Shown here: positions 29,027-39,130 of the stretch, one piece after another
How positions within the stretch are numbered: the stretch's first letter is position 1
Layout of the letters: the number at the start of each line of letters is the position of its first letter
DNA from: Cenarchaeum sp.
GTDB taxonomy: Archaea; Thermoproteota; Nitrososphaeria; Nitrososphaerales; Nitrosopumilaceae
NCBI GenBank assembly: GCA_965242695.1
Contig: CBDESU010000001.1
Coordinates: forward strand, 800,001 to 864,000
DNA length: 64,000 nucleotides
Direction: 5' to 3'
Notes under the pieces: model-generated
Databases searched by the model: none
The model's input: the letters and a program-made list of their open reading frames with translations, nothing else
What the model was told of the DNA's origin: nothing
Position numbers and translations under genes: made by a program

Positions 29027-32000
29027 ATGGACCGCGCCGCCCATGATGCCCTTACGTGGCCCGTGCCGTTGCAGCTGCTGCCGGCAGCGCATGCAAACCA
29101 CCCGGCCGCGTATGGGGACTACTACTGGCCGTGCGCCTGGTATCCACATGAAAGCGGCCGGTCAGGCGCACAACACTCGCCCCGCCTGGACTTTCAGGAC
29201 ACGCCCGACGACACGTACAAGATCGGCGACACTATCAACATCCGGAGTGATACTAGCCAAGGGCCAAAGAATCCCTCGGCCGTCTATCCCCACACGCGGC
29301 TTGCACTCGAGACGGGGGACGTCGACCGGTTTGCCGTCTACCAGAGGGAGAATGGCATATCGCAGGTCTACTACAGGTACACCGTCCAGCCTGGCGACTA
29401 TTCCGACGATCTGGACTACAGGGCGCCCACTGGTGCAGAGTGGGGCGGAGCGATGCACTGGGGGGAGCCCCGGGGGGAATACCGAAACAAAAACATAGAG
29501 CAGCATGACGACACTGAGGCTGTCAACTGCTGGCTGTCGACTCCAGGCACCAACGACTACAGGGGCGTCGACTCGCTTTCGGTAGGACACACCGTTATAG
29601 TCGACGGCATCATTCCGCGCGTCGAGAACGTCACAATGGCAAGCGGCGCGTACGGGGCCGGCTCGCAGCTCAACGTCACCGTCAGCTTTGCCGAGCCGGT
29701 CGTCGCGTACGGGCTGCCGCCGTCGCTGGTCCTTGCGCTTGACGGCGGGAACAGGACGATCCCGTACCTGGATGGCAACGAGACGAGCTCGCTCGTATTC
29801 AGCTATGCGGTGGAGCCGAACGACCTTGCCGACGGCCTCGAGTACGCTGGAACGGGGGCCCTCGTCCCTGCGGCCGGCGGCACCCTGACGGACTATGCCG
29901 GCAACAACGCAAGCCTGGCGCTGCCCGAGCCCGGCTCGCCCGGCTCGCTCGGCGCCACCTCAAACGTCAGCATAACTGCCGCATCGGGAGAGGTGGATGC
30001 GGTCGGCTCGCCCCTGCCCAACGGCACGTATCCCGCGGGATACCGGATTGAAATCGCAGTCAACTTTACCGAGCCCGTCGTATACTCGGGCGCGGCTCCG
30101 CCGTCGCTGGTACTCGACTTCAGCGGCTCTAACCGGACGGCCTCGTACGCGTCGGGCAACGACACGCGGTCACTCGTGTTCGCATACGCGGTGCAGTCCG
30201 GCGACCCGCAGGTCGCACGCCTGGACTATGCGGGGGCAAGCGCGCTGCAGGCCGGCTCTGGCCTGAGCGACAGGGCCGGCGATGCAGTCGATACCGTCCT
30301 GCCCTGGCAGAGCGGGGCAGGGCAGCTCGGCAGCTCGCGGAGCATCGCAATAGACACGGAGTCCGCCGCATACGTCACGGCGGTCGGCTCGCCCGGCGGC
30401 GACACTGCGTACAAGCTCAACGACACCGTCCGCATCGCCGTCGACTTTTCCGCCCCCGTCGCCGTCGCGGGCGCGCCGTCGCTCGCGCTTGCGACCGATC
30501 CGCCGCGAAGCGCCTCGTACGCGGGCGGCAGCGGCACCGGCACCATAGAGTTCAACTATACGGTGCGGCAGGGCGATGCGGCCGCCGGCCTGGACTATGC
30601 CGGCGTCCGGGCCCTGTCCCTGGAGGGCGGCGCGTCGATACGCCTTGACGCGCAGGGAGGCAGCGGCGCAAGCGCCCTCTTGGCCCTGCCGGCGCCAGGC
30701 GGGCCGGGCTCGCTCGGCCACGCCAGGGACATTGCAATAGACGGCGCCGCTCCGAATGTGACGGGCGTCGCGCCTGCGAGCCCCGACGGCACGTACGGCA
30801 CGGGGCGCATCGTCTCCATCGCCGTGGCCTTTGACGAGCCCGTATTCGTCGAGGGCGAGCCCGCGCTGAGGCTGGCGACCGTGCCGCCGCGCAGCGCCTC
30901 GTACGCGGGCGGCAGCGGCACGGCAGAGCTGGCGTTCTGGTATGCGGTGCAGCCGGGAGACTCGGCGCCCCGCCTGGGATACGCGGGCGAGGGCGCGCTC
31001 GACCTGGGCGGCGGCGCCTCGTCGATCTCGATCCGAGATGCCGCCGGCAACGCCGCAAACCTGACCCTGCCCGCCCCCGGTTCGAACCGCTCGCTGGACG
31101 CCTCGGCAAGCATCGACGTGCACGGGCACGAGGCGCCGATGATTGCCGCGGCGGCCGGCCGCGCCGGCAGCGATTCGCCCAACGGCGCGGTGGCCTTTGA
31201 GCTGGGCGGCACCACGTACGCCGCCGTCGCAGCGTCTCATTACGCCGCCAATGATCTAACTGGTGCTGGTGGCGGCGGCGTGCAGCTGTTCCGCGTGGAC
31301 GGCAGCGGCGCGCTGGCCGCCGCCGGCGTGATCAGAGACGATCAGGGTGCGCCAGGCCTTGCAGTAGTAGTCGATATCGATGCGCTCACCGTGGGCGACA
31401 CCACATACCTCGCCACGTCGTCATGGGATGCACACGGCGTGCAGCTGATCCTTGTGGACAGCAGCGGATCCCTCTCGGCGGGGGCGCGGGCGGAGAACGG
31501 CCAAAACGGCTTCGACGCGCTCTACGGATCGGAGGGTGTCGACATCTTTGCCATGAACGGCACCGTATACGTCCTTGCCACGTCGAGCAATGCGGGGGAC
31601 GGCGGCGTGCAGCTGATCCGCGTGGACGGCAGCAGCCTGGAGCGCGCATACTCGCTCAAAACGTCCAACGCCAGCGCGCTCGTGCAGGCCGGTGCCTTGC
31701 CCAGCAGTGGCGCACTGGCACTGAATGGCGCTAGTGGAGTGGACGTGTTCGAGATGGCCGGCGACGGCAGCGGCGGCGCGTCCGGCAACCGCACCTACGC
31801 CGTCGTCGCCTCGACGGAAGGGTGGGGCGGGATGGGCGCCGTGCAGCTGATCCGCGTTCATGAAAACGCCACGCTGGAGCCGGCCGACTCGCTGCGCAAG
31901 GTCAACAACACCGATCTGGAACTGCAGGGCGCCAAAGGCATAGACGCGTTCAAGACTGCCGGAGGAAGCACGTTCGCCATCGTGGCCGGGTACGCCGACA

Positions 32001-35000
32001 ACGGCGTGCAGCTCGTCCGCGTGCACGAAAACGGCACGCTGGGGGCGGCAGGCTGGCTCCGCGACACTACCGCCCTGACCCTAGAAAAGCCCAGGGCGGT
32101 CCGCGCGTTTGACATGGGCAACCGCACGTACGCATTAGTGACCTCTGAAATCGACGACGGCGTGCAGCTCGTCCGCGTGCACGAAAACGGCACGCTCTCC
32201 CCGGCCGGGATGGTCGTCAAGGGCCCTGGACTCAGCCTCAACACGGCCCACGGCGGCATCGACGTGTTTGCTGCGGGCAACCACACGTACGCCATCGTGA
32301 CCTCCCAGGACAGAGTCGCCTACATAACCAGCACTCCTCATAACAACCTCAGAGGAGAAGTCCAGGTGATCCTGCTCTCGCCGGCGTCCGTGGAGAGCGT
32401 ATCGACATCCCTGCCCGACGACGGCGAGTACGGGGAGGGTCACCGGTTCAACGTCACCGTCGGCTTTGACGCTCCGGTGTCTGTCTCGGATCCGCCGCCC
32501 TCGCTGGTGCTCTCGCTAGGCGGGGGCGGTGGCGCAAACGGCGCTGTGACCAGACTTGCCGCGGAATACCTGGACGGCGACGGGACGGACTCGCTCGTGT
32601 TCAACTACACGGTGGGGCCCGGAGACGAGGCGTCCGGCGCCCTGCGCCACGCGAGCGCCGGCTCGATGGCGGTGCTCGGCGACGTGGCGGACGCGCGGGG
32701 AAAGGGCCCCTCGAACAGGCTGGTGATGCCGCCGTCCCAGGGCGACGTGGTCGTGGATCTGTTCGACCCCGGGCGGGGCCCCGCGGCCGCCGACCTGGAT
32801 CTGCCGGGACCGCAAACCCTCTTGCAGAACGTCGTACTCGACGGCGCCGCGCCGCGCGTGGTCGGCATCACAGAGGCGGATCCAAAGGGAGCCGCGTACG
32901 TGAAGGACGACTCGATCGGGATCGCGATCACATTCCACGAGCCCGTCGTGATCTCGGCAGGGGCCTCTCCCTCGCTCCGCCTTGCGCTCGGCGGGGGCGC
33001 CACGGCCGAGGCCGGGTTCGACCGCCTGTCCGTCGGCAACCGCACGCTCGTCTTTGCCTATGCGGTGGAGGACGGCGACATGGCGGATCTCCTCGACTAC
33101 GACGGCGCCGGGGCCCTGTCGCTCCCCGGCGGCGGGACCGTGGCGGATGCGGTCGGCAATCCTGCCGACTTGACCCTTCCCTTTTCCGAGGGGCGGGGGC
33201 TGCTCGCCGCGGCCGGGATCGAAATCGACACCGAGCCGCCGCGCGTCGCGTCCGTGTCCTCGCCCGACAGGAGCGACATGTACGTGGCGGATGCAAAGAT
33301 CAACATTACCGTGACCTTTGGCGAGGACGTCTACGTGACGGGGACGCCGATGCTGGCCCTCTCGACGAGCCCCGCCAGGAGCGCATCGTACGTCGGGGAT
33401 GTGGACGGGGATGCCGATCTCGAGTTCCTCTACACGGTGCAGCCAGGCGATGCCGCAAATCCCTTGGACTACGCGAACCGTAGCGCGCTGATGCTTAGCG
33501 GCGGAACCATACGGGACAAGGCCGGCAACGCTGCCGTACGCGAGCTGCCCCCGAGCGGAGGTTCGGACTCGCTCGCGGCCTCGGGGATTGAAATCGACGC
33601 CGTGGCGCCCGAGGTGGTGCTGCCGGCCGAGGCCGAGTTTCGGGACCGCATACGCGTCACGTTCGACGGGTCCGTCTCGTCCGGCAGTACGAAAGCCTCG
33701 GCCGGCTGGTCGATATCGGGGCCGAGCGCGGAGGGCTTGTCCATAGCGGATCTTGACCCGATCCGGCCGAACGAGCCGCTCACCGAGATCGTGCTCGTAC
33801 TCGACGGCCACCTACCCGACACGGCCCCGAACATCGCACTTTCCTACAACGCCAGCGCCGGCGGCATTGCGGACAAGGCCGGCAACCGGCTGCAGGACCT
33901 GGTTGGAATCGACGTGGCCGACCGCATGCGGCCAGAGTTCGTCGAGGCGCTGATCACGGGGCCGCGCGAGGTCACGATCGACTACACCGAGCCGGTCGCC
34001 GCCTCGCCTGGCGCCTACTCTGACCTTGACATCGGGGGAGTCGTGCGAGCGCTGGAGCCGCACGACACTGCGGCCCTCCGCCAGCATGTGCTCGGCTTTG
34101 TCGGCGCCGAGGCGCCCATCCCGGAGCCGCCCAGTACAATAACGATAGACGGGCGCGCCGTGCTCGACGAGGCCGATCCCTCGAACCCGCTCGGCAACGT
34201 CTCCGACACCGTGGAGATCCGCGACGGGCGGGTGCTGGAAGTGCACTCGTCGAGGATCACCGACCCCGACACGGCCGTCATTACGTACACCAGAAACGCC
34301 GCGGCGCCTCGGGACGCCTACTCGTCGCTCGTGGTCGCCGGGCAGCCTAGGAACATAACGGATCTGGACGGAGCCGGCGGCGACGGGCACTTCCACACGA
34401 TCACATTCTCGCCCGGCGGCGCGCCGCCGAACGCTACCGGCAGCGTCGACATCAACGGCTCTGCCGTCGTGTCACCGTCGAAGCCCGGCATGCGGCTCGG
34501 CGATGCCGCGATTACGGCCGCGCTTGCAGACGGCCAGTCCCCCTCTGCGCTCAGCGCCGCGGCCGTCTCGCTCGACACCATACGGATCTCATTCGACGAG
34601 GCCATACTGGCACCGGGCACGAGCGCCGCCGGCTGGTCGGTGTCGGGCGGCGATGCGGCCGGCCTTGCAGTCGCATCGAGCCGGGATGCCTCGGATCCGT
34701 CAAACACGCTCACGCTGACCCTCGACGGCCCGCTGCCAGACACCGCGCCGGACTCGATAACCCTTTCGTACCACCCTGCCGCCGGCAGCGTAGAGGATGC
34801 GGCAGGCAACGCGCTTGTCGCCTCGTCGATTGCCGTCGCCGACGGCATCGCCCCCGCCATCAGGTCTGCCGTCTTTTCGGGGCCCAACGAGGCCGAAGTA
34901 CGATACACAGAGCCCGTGTGGGCCTCGCCCGGCGCGTACGCATCCGTCGCGCTGGACTCGGGCGGGGATCCGCGCCCCGTCACGGATCTTGAGGGAAACG

Positions 35001-37144
35001 GGACGGACATGCACACGGTATCGTTCGACGGCAATCCCGTGGGCCTGGACGAGACCGGCTCGCTAGAGGTGGACGCGGCGGCCATTCGGGATGAGGCCAC
35101 GCTCCCGCTCGGCGAGGACGGCCCGATCGAGCTGGGCGACACCCAGCCGCCGTCGGTCAGAAGCGCCACGGCCGTCTCGCTCGACACCATACGGGTCGTA
35201 TTCGACGAGCCCGTGCTGGACCCGGGCACGGGCGCCGGCGGGTGGTCCGTATCGGGCGGCGATGCGGCCGGCATTGCAGTCGCCTCTAGCCCGGATATCG
35301 CGGCGCCGTCGGGCATGCTCACGCTGGCCCTGGGCGGCCAGCTGCCGGATACGGCGCCGGATGGGGTATTGCTCGTGTACGATCCGGCCGCCGGCAGCAT
35401 AGAGGACAGGGCCGGCAACGCGCTTGCCGCCTCGTCGACTGCCGTCGCCGACGGGATCGCCCCCTCGATCGCATCGGCCTTTGTCGCGGGGCCCAGCGAG
35501 GCCGAGGTACGGTATACGGAGCCCGTGTGGGCCTCGCCCGGCGCGTACGCATCCGTATCGCTGTCCTCGGGCGGGGATCCTCGCCCCGTTGAGGGGCTGG
35601 AGGGGAACGGGACTGCGGCGCACACCGTCTCGTTTGGGGGCGAGGCTGTCGGGCAGGGGACGACCGGCTCGCTCGTGATGGATGCGACGGCGGTGCGGGA
35701 TGCGGCCATGCTGCCGATCGGCTCGGACGCCGTGCTCAGGGTCGGACTGGCAGGCGAGGCGCCTGCGGTGGTGCAGCCAGGCGAGGCCACTGCCAAAGCG
35801 GTGTTTGCGGCCCGCAACACCGTATCCATAGCGTACTCTGCGCCGCTGGGCCCCCCGGCGGGCCACTCCGGCCCCGTGTACACCGAGGTTGCGATCAGCG
35901 GGCAGGGCGGAGGCGCCCGCCCCGTGTCGGGCGTAGAGGGGCTGGGAACCGCAATGCACACGGTCGCGTTCGGCGGGGCCGGCGTGAACGGGAGCCAGAC
36001 GGGGACGATCGTACTTGCAGTCGGACTAGAGGGGGCGGCCGGCGGCGACAATGGCGACCGGCCGCGGTTCGCGGCAGGCGCGATACCAGTGGCGTCGGGC
36101 AGGACAATTCAGACAGTCCTGCTCTCGCAGCCGCAGCAGGGGTCGCAAATGCCGGTCCGGATCGAGCCCGACGGCTTTACCCGGACGGTCGACGGGACGG
36201 CGGCCGGCAGTTCGGCGCGCCTTACCATCAACGTGACGGGCCTGGCCCAGCCATCGGCCGATCCGGGCACGGCCGTGTTCCCCGCAGAGGCAGTCACGCT
36301 GGCCGCCTCTTTCGCCCGGGTGACGTTCCCGCCAGGCGTGACCGCAACGTCCGTCCCCGCCGGCGGCGCAATCTCGCTGTACGTGGACGCCGTCCCAGCC
36401 GAGAACGCCACCTCTGCCCTGGGCTATCCTGCCGCAGGCGGGCTCGTCCTGCGGACGATCGTAGAGGTCGGAGGCGACACGGCGCCCGTCCTGTTCGACA
36501 GGCCCGTCCGAATATCCCTGGACGGCCAGGCCGGCGGCCGCGCGTTCTACATCGAGGGCGGCGCCACGGGCGGCACGATCGAGCCGATCGACCTGGCATG
36601 CGCGGCCGACGACACGGAGCGGGTCCACCGCCAGCTTGACGGCACGGGCGAGTGCCGGATCGAATCGGGCGACGACATGGTCATCCACACGTACCACCTG
36701 ACGCGGTTCGGCACCGTCGCATCCGATCGCGGCACGCCGCCTCCCGTCGTCCATACGTGCTCGATGCGCCTAGCCGCGGCCGACCTGGCCGTGGGCGCGA
36801 CCGCGGGCGCCTATTCCAAGGCGGTCCAACAGGCCGTGGTCAACTCTGGCTCGCAGCCGTTCGACCGCGTCGCGCTCGATGCGACCCCGTGGTACATCGA
36901 CCCCGTCTCGGACATGCCGGGCACGGATGCGCCGTCCCTGCCGGCCTCGCTTACAGTGACGAGCGATGCGGAGCAGGGCGGGCAGTTTGCGCCGCTGCCG
37001 GGCGCCGTCGCGGACGGGCTCGGCGGCGGGCAGGAGGAGGCACTGTGGCTTGCGATCAACCTGACGGGGCACGCCCAGGTGAACGGCACCCGGCTTGTGC
37101 AGGATGTCGCGTACACGGCCGAGTGCGGCGGCCCGCCGGGCTGA
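29027..37144 (+). CDS. Giant cell-surface protein (Ig-like repeats, beta-propeller-like repeats); in-frame signal-like segment upstream at about 28910-28980
   Basis: 2705-aa ORF; repeats F.EPV...P.L.L...L.F.YTVQPGD...LDY...D.AGN.A.L.LP; GVQLxRV repeats; internal duplication about 34530-35100 vs 35150-35720. Confidence 0.85.
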   Translation: MDRAAHDALTWPVPLQLLPAAHANHPAAYGDYYWPCAWYPHESGRSGAQHSPRLDFQDTPDDTYKIGDTINIRSDTSQGPKNPSAVYPHTRLALETGDVDRFAVYQRENGISQVYYRYTVQPGDYSDDLDYRAPTGAEWGGAMHWGEPRGEYRNKNIEQHDDTEAVNCWLSTPGTNDYRGVDSLSVGHTVIVDGIIPRVENVTMASGAYGAGSQLNVTVSFAEPVVAYGLPPSLVLALDGGNRTIPYLDGNETSSLVFSYAVEPNDLADGLEYAGTGALVPAAGGTLTDYAGNNASLALPEPGSPGSLGATSNVSITAASGEVDAVGSPLPNGTYPAGYRIEIAVNFTEPVVYSGAAPPSLVLDFSGSNRTASYASGNDTRSLVFAYAVQSGDPQVARLDYAGASALQAGSGLSDRAGDAVDTVLPWQSGAGQLGSSRSIAIDTESAAYVTAVGSPGGDTAYKLNDTVRIAVDFSAPVAVAGAPSLALATDPPRSASYAGGSGTGTIEFNYTVRQGDAAAGLDYAGVRALSLEGGASIRLDAQGGSGASALLALPAPGGPGSLGHARDIAIDGAAPNVTGVAPASPDGTYGTGRIVSIAVAFDEPVFVEGEPALRLATVPPRSASYAGGSGTAELAFWYAVQPGDSAPRLGYAGEGALDLGGGASSISIRDAAGNAANLTLPAPGSNRSLDASASIDVHGHEAPMIAAAAGRAGSDSPNGAVAFELGGTTYAAVAASHYAANDLTGAGGGGVQLFRVDGSGALAAAGVIRDDQGAPGLAVVVDIDALTVGDTTYLATSSWDAHGVQLILVDSSGSLSAGARAENGQNGFDALYGSEGVDIFAMNGTVYVLATSSNAGDGGVQLIRVDGSSLERAYSLKTSNASALVQAGALPSSGALALNGASGVDVFEMAGDGSGGASGNRTYAVVASTEGWGGMGAVQLIRVHENATLEPADSLRKVNNTDLELQGAKGIDAFKTAGGSTFAIVAGYADNGVQLVRVHENGTLGAAGWLRDTTALTLEKPRAVRAFDMGNRTYALVTSEIDDGVQLVRVHENGTLSPAGMVVKGPGLSLNTAHGGIDVFAAGNHTYAIVTSQDRVAYITSTPHNNLRGEVQVILLSPASVESVSTSLPDDGEYGEGHRFNVTVGFDAPVSVSDPPPSLVLSLGGGGGANGAVTRLAAEYLDGDGTDSLVFNYTVGPGDEASGALRHASAGSMAVLGDVADARGKGPSNRLVMPPSQGDVVVDLFDPGRGPAAADLDLPGPQTLLQNVVLDGAAPRVVGITEADPKGAAYVKDDSIGIAITFHEPVVISAGASPSLRLALGGGATAEAGFDRLSVGNRTLVFAYAVEDGDMADLLDYDGAGALSLPGGGTVADAVGNPADLTLPFSEGRGLLAAAGIEIDTEPPRVASVSSPDRSDMYVADAKINITVTFGEDVYVTGTPMLALSTSPARSASYVGDVDGDADLEFLYTVQPGDAANPLDYANRSALMLSGGTIRDKAGNAAVRELPPSGGSDSLAASGIEIDAVAPEVVLPAEAEFRDRIRVTFDGSVSSGSTKASAGWSISGPSAEGLSIADLDPIRPNEPLTEIVLVLDGHLPDTAPNIALSYNASAGGIADKAGNRLQDLVGIDVADRMRPEFVEALITGPREVTIDYTEPVAASPGAYSDLDIGGVVRALEPHDTAALRQHVLGFVGAEAPIPEPPSTITIDGRAVLDEADPSNPLGNVSDTVEIRDGRVLEVHSSRITDPDTAVITYTRNAAAPRDAYSSLVVAGQPRNITDLDGAGGDGHFHTITFSPGGAPPNATGSVDINGSAVVSPSKPGMRLGDAAITAALADGQSPSALSAAAVSLDTIRISFDEAILAPGTSAAGWSVSGGDAAGLAVASSRDASDPSNTLTLTLDGPLPDTAPDSITLSYHPAAGSVEDAAGNALVASSIAVADGIAPAIRSAVFSGPNEAEVRYTEPVWASPGAYASVALDSGGDPRPVTDLEGNGTDMHTVSFDGNPVGLDETGSLEVDAAAIRDEATLPLGEDGPIELGDTQPPSVRSATAVSLDTIRVVFDEPVLDPGTGAGGWSVSGGDAAGIAVASSPDIAAPSGMLTLALGGQLPDTAPDGVLLVYDPAAGSIEDRAGNALAASSTAVADGIAPSIASAFVAGPSEAEVRYTEPVWASPGAYASVSLSSGGDPRPVEGLEGNGTAAHTVSFGGEAVGQGTTGSLVMDATAVRDAAMLPIGSDAVLRVGLAGEAPAVVQPGEATAKAVFAARNTVSIAYSAPLGPPAGHSGPVYTEVAISGQGGGARPVSGVEGLGTAMHTVAFGGAGVNGSQTGTIVLAVGLEGAAGGDNGDRPRFAAGAIPVASGRTIQTVLLSQPQQGSQMPVRIEPDGFTRTVDGTAAGSSARLTINVTGLAQPSADPGTAVFPAEAVTLAASFARVTFPPGVTATSVPAGGAISLYVDAVPAENATSALGYPAAGGLVLRTIVEVGGDTAPVLFDRPVRISLDGQAGGRAFYIEGGATGGTIEPIDLACAADDTERVHRQLDGTGECRIESGDDMVIHTYHLTRFGTVASDRGTPPPVVHTCSMRLAAADLAVGATAGAYSKAVQQAVVNSGSQPFDRVALDATPWYIDPVSDMPGTDAPSLPASLTVTSDAEQGGQFAPLPGAVADGLGGGQEEALWLAINLTGHAQVNGTRLVQDVAYTAECGGPPG

Positions 37145-37261
37145 TCCCCCGCGCGCAGCCGGCGCGGGCCGGATATGGGCTGCGCGGCCGCGCCCCTGCG
37201 CCGCACGGCGGCCCATGCGGCGCCCGCCAGTCTTATAGGATGCCTCCCGTTGCGCGACGCA

Positions 37262-37352
37262 ATGGCAGAGCCTGCCTCCTGCAAGCTGTGCGGCCGCGCC
37301 CTTGCACTGCCCGCCCCGTCGCTCGTACTGCGGGCAGTGCAGGGCCAGGGCC
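37262..37352 (+). pseudogene. Truncated family Z copy (forward)
   Basis: GCCAGTCTTATA promoter; MAEPASCKLCGR..., then YCGQCRARA after a frameshift. Confidence 0.6.
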
Positions 37353-37594
37353 CTGCGCTGGTACTCGCGGTTGTAGCGCCGTGTAGACTCGGCGCGGCAC
37401 TCTTTTGAGCAGTAGCGGGCGATCCTGCTCATCGTGGTGAACCTCTTGCCGCACTCCTTGCACCTTGCGCGCAGCTTTTCGGCGATCGCCCTGTCGGCCT
37501 TGGCGGTGCACCGCTTGCAGTAGATGCGGCGCTCGTCGCGCCCGCGCTGCCCAAGGCTGCGCCCGCACAGGCTGCAGGCGGTCCGGCCCGCCAT
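37353..37594 (-). pseudogene. Truncated family Z copy (reverse)
   Basis: Promoter at 37619-37630; MAGRTACSLCG...RYCSKEC...NREYQR ends at the junction. Confidence 0.65.
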
Positions 37595-37861
37595 CGCCCC
37601 GTGCCCTGAATTGCGGGCTATAAGGCTGGCGGGAGCCGCAGCGCCGGCGCGTGCGCCCCGCCGGATCGGTCCGGACTCGGCATGCCTGCACGGGATCGAC
37701 TCGTCGCGCACGGCGCCTTCCCGGGCCGTCCCTCCGCACGCGCGCGCCGGATGCGGGCGGGCGCGGCGCCGCGCATGCCGGAGCCCGTCCCGGGCGCGTG
37801 CGGCAGCGCGGCGGCCGGGCGTCCGCAGCCGCCCGGGCCGCCAGCGGGGGAGCCAGCCCCC

Positions 37862-38170
37862 TCAGCCGCGCCGCCTGCGCTGCGCGAACCCTGCGCGGCG
37901 GCGCGGGGGGATCCGCACCTTGGCGACCCTTGCCGAGGCCGCGGCCGCCCTGGCCGACGCATCGGCCACGGCGCGCAGGCCGGCCTCTTGCCGACTGCGC
38001 AGGATGCCGCCGGGGCCGTCCGCAGCGGCGGTAGCCGGAACGGATGCGGACTCTACGGCGCTTACGACGACCTCTGCAGCGGCGGCCACGGCCTCGGTGG
38101 CCGCCTCGACGGCCGCCGTCGCAGCGGATACGGCCGCATCGACCGCAGCCGCGCTGTTCTGTGGTTTCAT
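37862..38170 (-). CDS. Small Ala/Val-rich hypothetical protein
   Basis: CTTATA about 25 nt upstream of the ATG. Confidence 0.4.
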   Translation of the reverse strand: MKPQNSAAAVDAAVSAATAAVEAATEAVAAAAEVVVSAVESASVPATAAADGPGGILRSRQEAGLRAVADASARAAAASARVAKVRIPPRRRAGFAQRRRRG

Positions 38171-38875
38171 AAAAAGCGGCGGGCCCGCTGCCTATAAGGA
38201 GTTCCTATACAATGTTCAGCTTGGGCGCCATGATGGCACGGCCTGACATGTACCGAGGTAGGAGCGGCAGGCGGGCGTCGGGCGCCTAGACATGCGGCGT
38301 AGTGAGGGCAGGGGCGACGCGTCCCTGTAGGCCATTGGACCTCCTGCGGAGGGTGGGTTGGGGGAGGAGGGACACTGTCGGCACGCGCGTCCTCCCTGTA
38401 AAACACCCTTTCGTTCAGGTACCGCGTTGCATAACCAAGTGTTGACGCCTACGGCATAGTGGCACGTAGGCGTCAAGATGGCCCTTATGCAACACGGTAC
38501 GTTCATGAGCAGCAACCCGTGAGGCCTGTAGTCTGATGCCGGGCAGGCGGCGATCGACATGCCTGCCGAACTGCCGCACGGCGTGGCACGGGCCACTGCA
38601 TAGGGCCTTTGGCCGGGATACTTGACCCGATATGGAACTGGCACCGGCGGCGGGGGCCGTCCAGGCACCGTCACTTGCACTATGCATGCCCGTCCATGCC
38701 TGCCACTAGTTGCGCTCGGCCGCTACCGTACGGCTTCGTCCCCCTGCCTCGCGTCAGTGACGTGTGATTGGGCGCATCACAGCCGTCAAACGATGCACCG
38801 GGCGTAGATTTAATTGGCCCTTTGGTCTACATTTCTCAACACGGGGGGCAAGGTCCCGTATGGGGTGTGGCTTAC

Positions 38876-39130
38876 ATGCGCGAGACTACTTGTGTGGTGA
38901 TCGTGGCCGAAAAAGCCGATCATGGAGAGTGGACCGCTCTTCAGGCCGGCTCCGAGATCGAAAGCCCTAAGGTGAACGTCGCTCTCAAGGCCGACAGGGA
39001 GAGGTGGGCGGCCAAGATCGGGGCCCGCGAGCGCGCTAACGTGCACGCTGGCGGATCGCTGGACTCCGTGGCGCCCACAGCAGGATGGGTTGCGGTCGCA
39101 CGCATCACGGGAGGCGACCTACAGAGATGA
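38876..39130 (+). CDS. Hypothetical ORF or remnant overlapping the R-M start (ATGA)
   Basis: ATGA coupling only. Confidence 0.25.
   Translation: MRETTCVVIVAEKADHGEWTALQAGSEIESPKVNVALKADRERWAAKIGARERANVHAGGSLDSVAPTAGWVAVARITGGDLQR

Noticed and set aside
38216-38870. Lower-GC stretch as a gene remnant
   Set aside because: No recognisable motif or consistent frame
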